The position numbers and the translations under genes are program-made. This document shows positions 1-11,732 of a DNA stretch of 64,000 nucleotides, in pieces. Origin of the DNA: Zootoca vivipara (lineage: Eukaryota); assembly GCF_963506605.1 (NCBI RefSeq), contig NC_083281.1, positions 39,494,001-39,558,000 of the forward strand, given 5' to 3'. The notes beneath the pieces are model-generated. The model saw only the letters and a list, made by a program, of their open reading frames with translations, did no database searches and was not told where the DNA came from. The number at the start of each line of letters is the position of its first letter. Position 1 is the first letter of the stretch.

Positions 1-446
1 GGTGGCAATATTGTCCTTTGCCTCAGGTGGCAAAACATCTTGGACCAGCCCTGAAGCTAACCAGGGATTATATGGGTGATAAAGAGGATGATTTCACAAG
101 GCTTTACAGGTAAACAAAGTTATGCAATGACATCACAAAGGGCAAAGCCTTCTAGGTAGATGATCCTACCCAACTAGGGATTAGTCACTGAATGAGATAT
201 TATGAATCAGATATGGCTCTTCTTTCCAATGCCGCCTGAGTTAGTTGTTTTCCACCACTCTAGAGGGGCTCCTGTGCCAAATTCCATCCACTTTGGCCAA
301 AATGGGAAAACATATCCATTTTAGTGTCTGCATTATAGTGGATAGAGGACAGAGACTTTTTTAATATATATTTTTGAAACATTTCTATTTTTTTTACTTA
401 GTATTCAAGAAAGACGGTTCTGGAGTAGGGTTTTAAACCTTATTCT

Positions 447-747
447 TGTGGTGAAGAGAATTTATTTCTGCAAAAGAGTCCAGATCAGGAACTTAGTTGC
501 ACAACTTATAACACCATACAGACCCCTAGCTACTGGACCCAGCTATAGTGTTTCCCCTCTGTGTATGTCAGTTGAGACGTAGTCTGGCTGCTGAAATATA
601 GCCAGCAATGGAGAAACAGATATGAATGTTGAAGCAAGCTGAGAACTGCATGCTGTTTGCTTTTGGGAAAACAGAGACTGCTTTTCACACTATCTACATC
701 TGCATGCTTGCTTGCTTCATGCTATGACATTTGTAAATAAAGAGATA

Positions 748-786
<39 letters not shown>

Positions 787-871
787 AGCCTTCTTTCCTC
801 AGAAGGACACTGATCTTGTAGCAGCTGCCCCTTCAAGCTACCATTCAGGGAAGCCTGGAGTACCTGACACA
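447..871 (+). mobile_element. Possible degraded solo LTR
   Basis: Starts TG and ends CA, with AATAAA near 736. TATTCT occurs on both flanks, but off-register by 1 nt on the right. Weak support. Confidence 0.3.
750..783. repeat. (CA)n microsatellite
   Basis: Pure AC run. Confidence 0.97.
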
Positions 872-2311
872 GTATTCTTAACTGCTCCAAGCCCTGGGGG
901 TGAATGAAATATCAATACAATAAATAGTTACAAGGGCAGCAGAAAATAAAAACGCAGCTGCCCTTAAAAAAATAAAATAAAAATAAGCCTGAACCTAAAA
1001 TGACAAAGTCATTTCCTGCTTTCTCTGCAACAGACTTGCCCAATAGACTATAACTTGCATAGGGCTTTTGTGGAATACCGTTCTGCTCCAGCCTGTGTAG
1101 AGAGCAGTCAGCCGAAGGAATTAACCTTTTGAAAGAGCTCACAAGCAGGTGCCTTGTATCCCCACGGGCCTTGTGTAAATTATTGACAACATGACTAAAA
1201 GGACGCAGGATTTGCCTTAGAGATAGACCAGAGATGGGTTCTGCTGGGGGTTGCATGACGCATATCTAATGACATTTGGAAATCCAGACAAGATGCTGTG
1301 TGCCGCCTGAGCCATCAGCTACTAAAGCTTAAACGGGATTACTATCAGAGGTGATCCAATTTCTCTAGGGGCATGGTCTATACTTACATATTTCATTCTG
1401 TTTACTAATCATGGCTTTCCACTCACCCACTCACCCTGGCAATTGTATTTGCAAGAGGGGCTCATGGGAAACTTCATTATTATGATTATTTTTTATTTAT
1501 TGTTGCAGGAAATTCCAGGCTTCGAGTGGCAAGAGACTCAAGGACTTCCAGCACTTACCCATTGTTTGGTCTCCTTGGAGACCTGAGTGTCTTTGGGACA
1601 TATGATTTTATTTGCACATACACACAACCTGAGTATGTGATGGAGGGGCTCACAACATTAATAATACCCCTGTATCTCTTTCTCCCCATTGGGGTTTCCA
1701 GGGAATCCCCAAGCTCATAGCCTTGGGTCTAGTACAGAACAGACACGCCTCTGTCTCTTCAGCATCCAACATCAGCCCAACTCTCACACACATATCTGAC
1801 ATACACAGCTCCCTTTGGCCTATTGTCCTCCAGCCAGATGAGGTGGGAAAAGACCCACCCATTTCTCTCTATGGCAGCCTCTTAGCACATATAAATAGAA
1901 GTACTTAACTGGTTGGCCAAAGGGACTGGTTTGGATGGTTCAGCAGGTTTCTTCTTATACATTCTACCCTCACAGATAAAGGATCTCAGGTTTGGACGGG
2001 ACCCCCACAAAAAGACATGACAATATATTTAGTGCATCCATAATAAATAAACACTGTACATGAATCAAGTCTAGGGCTGTGCCCAACATTATCCAGCTTT
2101 GATCTGCAGATCAAAAATACAAACTTCAAAGTGGTAGACACAAGGTAGACATGCCACACAAAGCCCACAATTAAACTATGCAATTTGCTTCTACAAGGTG
2201 TAGTGATGGCTGCCGACTGGGATGGCTTTAAAAGAGAACTGGATAAGACTATCAAATGCCAGTAGCCACAATGGCTATGTTCTGCCATATAACCTCTGGT
2301 GTGGAAGAAGT

Positions 2312-2744
2312 GTGCCTGGGCACCATAGTTTAAGAAATATATTAACAAGATGGGATGTGTGGAGAGTCACCAACATTATTAAAAGCCTGGGAACAAAGCC
2401 ACATGAGGAATGATTGCCGGACTTGTGTTTGTTTAGCATGCAGAAAAGAAGACTGAGATGTGATATGATAGCCGCATTCATATTCCTGATGCGCTGTCAC
2501 ATGGAAGATTGAACACACTTGTTTTCTGGTAGGACCAATGGATTCAAATTACAACAAAGAACCTTTTGATGGTATGAACTGTTTGACAGCGAAATAGACA
2601 GAAGGTGGTGGATTCTTCTTCACTGGAGTTTTAAAAGTAGAGGTTGGATGGCATCTGTCAGAGATTATTTAGCTCTGGTTCCTGCACTGCAGGGGGTTGG
2701 ATTAGATGACCCTTGATACCCCTTCAAACTATATGATTCTATGA
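2312..2744 (+). mobile_element. CR1 LINE 3' end, degraded
   Basis: CR1 ORF2 C-terminal-like sequence (gtttagcatgcagaaaagaagactgag), then the 3' UTR ggggttggattagatgacc and an ATTCTATGA tail. Confidence 0.85.
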
Positions 2745-2952
2745 CTTAAAGAATAAGTATTACAGTTTACCCTGGGGTCCCCCAACCAGGAACCAGCCAC
2801 CTCCAGAATATTCACCACAGCAGGTCCAGGAGACTCTCATCAGTGGGGCCCCCTGTCAGGGTGTGGGACATTGGCAGAGCACTCAATTGCCAGCAATGAA
2901 TGAAGGGTAATGAGAACAGCCAACCCACAATGACCTAATGAATGTTGGGTGT

Positions 2953-2953
<1 letters not shown>

Positions 2954-2979
<26 letters not shown>
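2954..2979. repeat. (TG)n microsatellite
   Basis: Pure TG run. Confidence 0.95.
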
Positions 2980-2983
<4 letters not shown>

Positions 2984-3427
2984 GAGGTCACCAGTGAGGG
3001 AGGGAGCACACCAGGGTGTGCTATGTGTCAAAGGCAGTGAAAATAGCCCCACTCTGATTCTATGCTATACTTTTTCATAAAATCTTTAGAAGTTCTGGAT
3101 CAAGAGGCACTGTAGAAATCACATTTATTCATACATGCCGCTGCTGATAAAACATTGAGATAAAAACTATCTGGTGATAGGTTATCCCTCCGCCCCAACC
3201 CGGTCGTCTTGTCACACTATGAAATTTTTCCTTCCATGATGCTCTTTTTGGGTGATGTTTCAGCCTTAGAATGTTTGGAAATAGACATTGTAATAATGAT
3301 TGCAATCAGCCCTTTGTTAATCAGCAAATTACAGGCTTGCCTTGTATTACAATGCATTTAAGCGCCAGCTGCTTATCAAAGCATATTTATGTGGTAACAA
3401 GTCTGCCAAGCCGATTCCCCGTCTATT

Positions 3428-4134
3428 ACTGAGCTGTTAAGACTCTGCAAATGTGGCCTTAATGACTGCCTGCCATTTATTTAGGACACGGTAACCCGCC
3501 TGCTACAGCATATTGAAAAGAGACCTGCAGGTGAGTGCATTTAAGGGACCACACTGGAAAGCCTATTGTGGGAACAATGAATGGGGCTGAATGCAGACCA
3601 GACTAGTCTGACAGCTGTGCAAGGGGCAAGCAGGGAAATGGATAAGGCTCGGCAGGGTTTGGGGGTTTTGCCTCTGGGGCACATCCAGCATGGAATAAAT
3701 TACACACACATAGAGAAAAAGAGGGGGAAAAAATCACAGATATTTAAAAGACTTTGACAAAACTGCAGATGTTTTTTTAAAAAAATATATAACACTTTTC
3801 AGTTGTCTTTTTAAAAATAACACAGCAGTTTTTCAATGTGTGGGGTGTGTGTTTGTGTGTGTAATTTGTTCGTGCTAGATGTGTACCAGAAGCAAACCCC
3901 AAACCCTGCAGAGCCTTCTCCATTTTCCCGCTTGCCCCATGCACAACTGTGAAAGGGGCCCAGTCCGCCTTCAGCCCCATTCATTGTTTCCATAATAGAC
4001 TTTCCAGTGTGATCCCTTAAATACACTCACCTGCAGGTCTCTCTTCAATTTGCTGAAGCAGGTGGGTTACCGTGTCCTCAATAAATGCCAGCCAGTCATT
4101 AAGACCACATTTGCTGAGTTTTTAACAGCTCAGT
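3428..4134. other. Long imperfect palindrome; arms 3428-3710 and 3854-4134
   Basis: ACTGAGCTGTTAA... at 3428 is the reverse complement of ...TTAACAGCTCAGT ending at 4134. The arms align colinearly at roughly 85% identity by eye. The spacer has weaker symmetry centred on TTTTTTAAAAAAA at about 3780. Confidence 0.95.
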
Positions 4135-4400
4135 TTTCAAAACTGTTTCAAAACAGTTCATAATGCATTATAGGTTTTCCCACCTTCACACATTCAGTTC
4201 ATAGTTACTCTGGCCAGAGTACTGGATGCCTGAAAATTAATTTTGCCTACAGGTTTGGTTAAGCCATCACTTAATTTCTATTTTGTTTTTAGAATATCTA
4301 TGCAAGCAACCTTGTGATGCCAAGCCTTCTCCAAGTGCAAAGCAGCAATTGAAAAAAGAGGCACTGAAAAGCAAGGGGTTGTTAAGGGTGCTGCCTGTTA

Positions 4401-4522
4401 GGAAGGGCTGTCGCTCAGTGGCAGAGCATCTGGCTTAATGCAGAAGGTCCTGGTTTCAATTCCCAGCATCTCCAGGTACAGCTGGGAGACAACCGTGTCT
4501 GAAACCCTGGAGAGCCACTGCC
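4401..4522 (+). mobile_element. tRNA-derived squamate SINE (Squam2-like), truncated
   Basis: A-box gctcagtggcagagc and B-box ggtttcaattccc, then catctccagg...gaaaccctggagagccactgcc, shared with several other copies in the window. Confidence 0.75.
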
Positions 4523-5505
4523 TTTCAGGGGAGACAATACCTATGTTCTTACAAGGATTGCTGATGGAATCTCAGTTCCTGCACAACCAAGCTCTGTTAA
4601 ATGCAGGGCAAACAGCATTGCCATCCCGCCGCCGCCAATTCTCATTGCCAGGGGCCTCTGATAGTACTGTACCTTGGTTTGTAGGCAATAACAAATGGTG
4701 ATGTTTATATTTGTTCTGTAAAAACCTTCACATGCAAACCTCTTCGGTTCAAACTGCTAGGCTCAAGAGTAGGATATGTCTTGTTCCGTTGGCAACCCCT
4801 CGGCAGCCTAAGGGAAACTCTTGATTGGAAGGGAGTTAGTGCTGCTCTAACATTTATCTAGTGGGTTACTCCAGACTGAGCGAAGGGAATAAACTGAGGA
4901 GTGGAACTGAAATTGCCCAAGTCATACATCTGGTGATTATTTTTCACCTGAAGGTGTGGGATTCCCCCCTCCCCCCTCAAAAACAACAACCAAGGGGTGG
5001 TTTATTAATTATTTAATTAATTATAAAAATATTGCTTAATATAAAAAACCCCTCTATGCAGTTTACATAAAAACAATAAAAATGTGACATTCAATATACT
5101 TTTCTAAAAACTGGATAAAATCAAACCACATCTGCCTATCACAAGGAAAAATGAGCAGTGTGCAAATTTACAAAGTCAAAAGGAAAGCTTGGATAAGCAT
5201 ACATCTTTTAGAGACGTTCAGAAGGGAGGCAGTATGGTGCTGTGATTAGAGTGCTGCATTAGGACATGTGACGCTGGGGTTCAAATTCCCACTCAACCAA
5301 GTTCCCACTCAACCAAGTCCCTCAGCTCTGGGTAAATCAGATAATTTGGCAGCAAAGGGGTTTTGTGCCCAACTAGCTGGGTCCTGTGGCCCTGAGTGCA
5401 TTGTCTCAGAAGTCCTCTCTCAAGTCTTGCCTTTGTTCCTACCTGTCTGTGTTACATTTTCCCGCACACCCATGCTATAATAGCCAAAACAACTTGCTTA
5501 ATGAT

Positions 5506-5641
5506 CAGGCATCCCCAAACTGCGGCCTTCCAGATGTTTTGGCCTACAACTCCCATGATCCCTAGCTAACAGGACCAGTGGTTGGGGAAGATGGGAATTG
5601 TAGTCCAAAACATCTGGAGGGCCGAAGTTTGGGGATACCTG
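5506..5641 (+). mobile_element. hAT-type MITE (136 bp)
   Basis: TIRs CAGGCATCCCCAAACT / AGTTTGGGGATACCTG; TSD is degenerate. Confidence 0.88.
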
Positions 5642-5691
5642 CTTTAGATACATCCAAGGTACTAACACTGGGTGGACAGCATAGACTAGGT

Positions 5692-5827
5692 CAGGCATCC
5701 CCAAACTTCGGCCCTCCAGATGTTTTGGACTACAATCCCCATCATCCCTGACCACTGGTCCTCTTAGCTAGGAATCATGGGAGTTGTAGGCCAAAACATC
5801 TGGAGGGCCGCAGTTTGGGGATGCCTG
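5692..5827 (-). mobile_element. hAT-type MITE, same family, inverted relative to the 5506 copy
   Basis: Perfect 16-bp TIR CAGGCATCCCCAAACT and perfect 8-bp TSD GACTAGGT. Confidence 0.93.
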
Positions 5828-6106
5828 GACTAGGTGAATTCACTGTTAAACTATGCAAACAACAACAACAACCCCTACTCAGCTCATTTGCAATCAATTA
5901 AATCCTACCCTGTAACCCCAGCTTAGAGTGAGGTTCTAAGAGAGCAGCAAAAGAGAGCTAGTTGTGGGTGCTTAAATATTCCGCCTGCCTTCTCACCCCA
6001 ACCATCGTTGGTGTGAAATGTTTGTATACACATGCCTTTCCCATATCTCAGATGGCCATAAGAACTGGCCCAACCCAAACTCATTTGCCCCAGGAGGAAT
6101 AAAAAG

Positions 6107-6459
6107 AAAAAGGTAAAATACCCCCGGATGGTTAAGTCCAGTCAAAGGCGACTATGGGGTTGCAGCCCTCATCTCACTTCAGGCTGAGGGAGCCAGCGTT
6201 TGTCCACAGACAGCTTTGAAGGTCATGTGGCCAGCATGACTAAACCGCTTCTGGCAAAGCAGGACACTGTGACAGAAGCCAGAACACATGGAAATGCTGT
6301 TTAGCTTTCTCCCACAGCAGTACCTATTTATCTACTTTCACTAGTGTGCTTTCGAACAGTTACAGAGCAACGGGAGCTCACCCCATCGTGTGGATTTGAA
6401 TCCCCGATCTTCTGATCGGAAAGCCCAAGAGGCTCAATGGTTTAGACCACAGCGCCACC
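6107..6459 (-). mobile_element. Sauria SINE
   Basis: Reverse complement of the copies at 48254 and 52697; AAAGGTAAA tail and gtggcgctgtggtctaaacca head. Confidence 0.9.
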
Positions 6460-6911
6460 GGCATACCTTTTACCTTTTATCAGGAAGAATATGCAGGCGT
6501 CAATTCCTCTTTCTTCTGTTTGTGTGTAGGTTGTTTCTCCTCTGAATATGCATCCAGATCTATTATCCAATGCATTCAAAAAATCAAATAAAATTCAGTA
6601 CTATATATTAAATGAGCCTCCTTCCTCTCAAGTGCCTTGAGGGAACAGATGATATAATCCTTCTTTGGAAATCATAGCAATGGTCCCCCCCCCCCCCCCG
6701 TCAATGAACAGAAGAAAGCAGCAGAAAGGTGTGTGCCTGCTTCTCTCTCAGAAGCTACTTTCTCCCAGGAAAATCATTGGGAAAGTGTTTTCATTTGGTG
6801 TGAGCCTGGGCCTGATTTCCTAGGATCTGGCCCTACTCATTAATTTCCATTGTATGGTTTGAGTTACAGCACCCTCCTGGTCGGTGTCAGTTCTGCTGAC
6901 CAAGCTGAATG

Positions 6912-7139
6912 GGGTTAGGATCCAGCATAAGTCTGTCCTGCTTGGCCCCACCCCCACCACTCCCCCACCCACCACTCCCCCAGGACACCTGCTTTTCAGG
7001 ACCTACAGCAGCTTAATATCCACTAGGATCAGCTGAGCCAGCTATGTCCTGGCTGAACTGAGCTTGGGGACTTATTCTGGCATGGCCAGCTGAGCCACGA
7101 CCCAGCCGGCTGAGCCAGAGATCTTCTGGATCCTAACTC
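6912..7139. mobile_element. Old MITE-like element
   Basis: Terminal inverted repeat GTTAGGATCCAG (6914) / CTGGATCCTAAC (7126). Confidence 0.55.
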
Positions 7140-9446
7140 ATCCAGGTGGATCTAAGGATAGGGCTGCACTTTAAATTAGGTCCACTAATTTCAATGGGTC
7201 TACTTGGAATAAAACCTAGTTGGCTGCAACCCTATATGTCCAAGAAAATGTATGTATAATCATGCTAATGTTTGTTAAAATAATAAAATTGCATATATCT
7301 GCTTTGTTCCTCTTTTAGAGGATAAACAGTACTCAGAAACAAAAAATGAGACTGATGACGACTGTGTTCCTGGAGACGGAAGAATGGCCATTATGTTCTG
7401 CTCTTAAAGCCATGAGAGCTAAATTGGCAATGCGGACCAAAATTGCAGGCATAACATTTGAATATATTTATTTTTAAGAAAATGTGGCGGGTGGGGGTGG
7501 TTACAGATGAAACCATTATTCTGAGCATGATGGAAAAGCTGCAGGATTTGGTGCTTTTCGATCAAGCCATGAAACATTTTTCTTCCGCTATCACTCACTT
7601 TGTGAAAGCTAAGCCTTTTTTTTGCTAGCTATTTCATAAGGCAGGAAAATGCATTACTAGTAGCTCCTATTAGCCAACCATTCTGAGTCATTAAACAGCA
7701 ATCTGCCTAACAAAGGTATGTCCAGTGGTCAGTCAGCAGTATAACAATACAAAAAGAGGGGGGCATTTAAGAAGTGCAGATCAAATCCATATTTGCATTT
7801 GAACATAAAAGCCTGCCAGACCAGGCCAATGACCCATCAATCCAGCATCCTGTTTTCACAGTTGCCAGCCAGATGCCTGTGGGAAACCCTCACTGAACAC
7901 AGTGATACTCTCCCCACTTATTCACCCCCCTTTATTCCTGCTTCCTTCCCTGCTTTCCCTTTCGCTGCCTTACATCCATCTTCAGACTGTAAGGCTCTTA
8001 GGTAGGGCTATAGCTCAGGGACAGCTCCCTATGTTCTTATGGGTGTTGTTGCTAATACGGTAACAGTGTACAAAGTTGCCAAAAATATTCACATACTGTA
8101 ATTCCTTCCTCCTCCATAGCTTCTAATTAGGGGACAGGGGTGGAAGTCAAATACCTGGGTTCAAATCGCAGCTCTGTCGAGGAATTTACTGGATAGCCTT
8201 GCCACCAACCACCTTTGCTCATTCAGCTGTGTTTCAAAAGGTTACCATGCATGGATAAAATTGGATTGGCTATATCTCCTGCCTGGAGATCGCTTGAGGA
8301 AAATCTGGATATAGAAAGAGGAGCGAGACAGAAAAGCAAGCCCAATCATTCAAAATATTGTGTCATTCCTAGGATATTGCTGTGATTGTTAGCACTGAAA
8401 CGCATCTGTTGTAAATCGACTGGCAGGGAAGGAAAAAGAAAGTCCTTTACACAATGCATAAATATCTCACGTGGCTTTCACTACTAGAACTACCAAACAG
8501 AGCATTGGGCTGTTAACTCAGATAGCTTTTCTTAAAATATTAGATAAGTCTACCAATGACCACTGCCTGTGATGGGCATTTGGAATGTCTGAGTCAGCCT
8601 TCCTCAGCCTGGGATGTTACAAGTGTTGTTAGACTACAATTCCCTTCACCCATGATGGCTGGGCAGGCTGGCTGAGGTAGATGAGCCTCTGGTCTTACTT
8701 AGGAAGGCAACTTTCCAAGAGAAACTTAGCTGGATGCCTTTCCCCCCCATTGGCCCCACGAGATTTTGCCCAGCCTGTTGGAGCCTTTCTGAGTGAATCT
8801 TTGTGGAAGATGGGCGGAGGAAATCTATGTCTTCATCTTCCTTCCTGTGAGCGTTTGGCCACTTTGCCAGCCATAAATAATTGAGATAATACTTATTTTA
8901 ATTATATCTGGATAGAATAAATTAGAAATTCAATTACTGCGCTGCGTGCTGAAGAGGCATTCAAAATGTTTGGGCTATTAGTTGAACAAATTATCGGTAA
9001 AAGACAACAGCATTTGTGGAGACTCACCCCAATGCCCTTATTTTAATGAGAGTGAGTCAAGGCAGAAAACATGACTAAGCAGATTTCTGTACAAGAGGAC
9101 TTAGGTGCCCCTTTGCCCGGGCTTTGTTGTGGGAGGGGGAAACCAAAGGATCTCTTGTTTACAGTTACCTTATTGCTTAGCTTGTAGCTTTAGCATTTGT
9201 GGTTGCTGCTACTATGACCATAATGCAGGAAAGAAGAAGACGAAACAATGGGAAGTGGGTGCAACATGGACTGCATTTTTAACTAGGAAGATGTGGAGAG
9301 TGGCAATCTGTGCAGAAAGCTAAATACAGTTCAGCTTGGTGAAGTTGTCCCTTGAACCCCACATCTCTGAGCAGGTTTAACAAGTTCACTGACCCTGTGT
9401 GTTTATAATAATTGTCATTTTAATTACTGGATATTGAATATGGTTT

Positions 9447-9598
9447 TCATAGAATCATTAAATTGTAGAATTGGAAGGGACACTGAGGGTCATCTAGTCA
9501 AACTCTTTGCAATACAGGAATATCAAGTAAAGCATCCATGACAGATTGCCATCCAACCTCTGCTTAAAAACCCTGAAGGAATGAGAGTCCACCACCTT
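9447..9598 (-). mobile_element. CR1 LINE 3' end
   Basis: tcatagaatcat tail followed by gggtcatctagtcaa and ccatccaacctctgcttaaa. Confidence 0.85.
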
Positions 9599-9866
9599 AA
9601 TGGCATAATGATGTAACTGCAATCTTGTTAACAGGGAGAAGGACAGCAGAGCCTCCTGTTCACTGAGAGACCACTGTAGAGGTAGCAGATCTGGTCTCCA
9701 AGGAGCATATTACAGTCCTCACTGCCACCATGCGAGCGGCAGTGGGCAACACATTCCTTGGAGGCCAGATCTGCTGCCCCTATGGATCCTGCCACCTGAG
9801 GCAGTTGCTTCATCTTGCCTCATGGCTGGGCTGACTCCGTCTTGTTATATTTATCATTCTGAAATA

Positions 9867-9930
9867 TGTGTGTGTGTGTGTGTGTAATATCTATCTCTAT
9901 CTCTATCTCTATCTCTATCTATCTATATAT
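9867..9930. repeat. (TG)n followed by (CTATCT)n simple repeats
   Basis: Seen directly. Confidence 0.9.
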
Positions 9931-9934
9931 AGAT

Positions 9935-10144
9935 AGAACACATCACAAAATCAAACATGGCGAGAACAATTGCATAATAGCGTAACAAAAGAGCCACATA
10001 ATAGCAAATATAACAACATATATATATATATGTTGTTATATATATATAACAATATATATATGTTGTTATATTTGCTATTATGTGGCTCTTTTGTTTCGCT
10101 ATTATGCAATTGTTCTCGCCATGTTTGATTTTGTGATGTGTTCT
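9935..10144. other. Near-perfect 210-bp palindrome
   Basis: Arms of about 93 bp differ at one position (gcgtaac vs gcgaaac). The core is (TA)n-rich and contains nested palindromes. Confidence 0.95.
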
Positions 10145-10508
10145 TCTTTTCTTTGCTGTAAGACACTTTGAGCATGATTCTTGTGTGTGTGTGTGTGTAA
10201 TAGAGGTGCACAAATACAATTATGCATGCATGAGAGCTTTTGGGTGATGATTATGCATTTCTGGCATACCTGTAAGCAAAACAGATACCTTTTGGGAAGG
10301 GGGCGTGGCTGTTGCAGTGTAAATGCAAGGCTAGGGACTGAAGAACCTTCAGCAGTGTGTAATGGTTGAAGGAGATAGAGTTGGCAATGTATGGGATCAG
10401 GAGCATTAAATATGTGCCCCACTTTTCATTTGTGAAATTGTAGAGTACATTCTTACCAATATGGCCAGAACGTGCATTTCAGCTCCCCACTTGCTTAATT
10501 GCCTATGG

Positions 10509-10634
10509 CAGGGATGGGGAACCTGTGGCCACCCAGATGTTGTTGAACTCCAGCTCCTACCAGCCCTATCCAGCACAGCCAATGGTCAGAGATGATGGGA
10601 GTTGGGATACAGTAACACAGGATCCCCATCTTTG
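10509..10634. mobile_element. hAT-type MITE, older copy
   Basis: Termini CAGGGATGGGGA...TCCCCATCTTTG; perfect 8-bp TSD GCCTATGG. Confidence 0.85.
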
Positions 10635-11732
10635 GCCTATGGCAAACCCTGAGCAACTTACAATGGAGAGACAGGATTGACACTGAAGGTTCGAGGAGAA
10701 GGCAGTTGTCTACCACGTCCTCTGCACAATCTATTGCTTTGGCAGAGGCCAGCCCCAGGAGCCGTCATTTGCAGTGGTGGGCGAGGAGATTTTTTCAGGT
10801 GGGATTCCTGGACTTTCCACTACTTGGGGCCCACAGCCAACAACTTGGAGGAAAATCACCCCAGTCAGACATTGTTTATTATCCCTTGCTCCTGACTGCT
10901 GTCGCATGCGGCCTTGCAAGTTTCTCTCTGGACCTGACCCAGTGTGAATAATGCATGAACTACCCATTGTCTCGCTTGCTTGCTGAACTGTGGCTCTCTC
11001 TTTCCGCAGAGGCAATGTGGACAGCATTGACTTTAATATTTATTTCTTATCCTCCATAAATATTTAAATGTTCTTCCTTTTGGAGGCCAGCAGAGCTCGT
11101 GAAGGGGAGGGAGGCAGGGAAGATGACCCATTTGCTCATACTAGTGACTGCCCAAGCAAAACCTCCGCTGCCTTAGGGCAGTAATATTCCTCAGTAAACA
11201 TGGCTGAGGGGTGATGAGGGTTACATCTTCTGAGAAACCTATGCAACTCAGTTTGCCCCAGGCTGAAGAAGACAAACACATCAAGGAAGATCTGGTGGAT
11301 GGGGTGTGTGTGTGGGGGGGGGGTTGCTCTCCAAAGGCTTTTAAAGAATTCTCAACCAAAAACCACAGTCTGAATAGCAAATATGATTCCCTATGCATTT
11401 CAGTCCATCATTCACGATGCTCATTCAGCAATAAACTATCTGCTTGTAGACTTAGGAGCTTCCTGAAAATAAATATGTGAATATCCTTCAGCAGATCTTA
11501 ATTTAAACCATGGCCAAGTAGAACCTTATTTATGGTGCCAGGGCTTCAATTATAATGTGGAGTAAAAATTAGTGCTTTTCCTTGACTATTCAATAATGAG
11601 GGAGAGGGGGATTTAGGATTAGGGAAAAGGGTTGCCAACTCAATCCATCAATTCTCCTAGTTCCTCTAACTTAGATTATGATAATGTTGCTGAGCATTAA
11701 GGATAGTGTGGTTCAGTATTCCATTTGGGTAT

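Noticed and set aside
1490-1640. Possible plus-strand exon (ttgttgcag acceptor, gtatgt donor)
   Set aside because: No recognisable peptide and no partner exons; such sites arise by chance.
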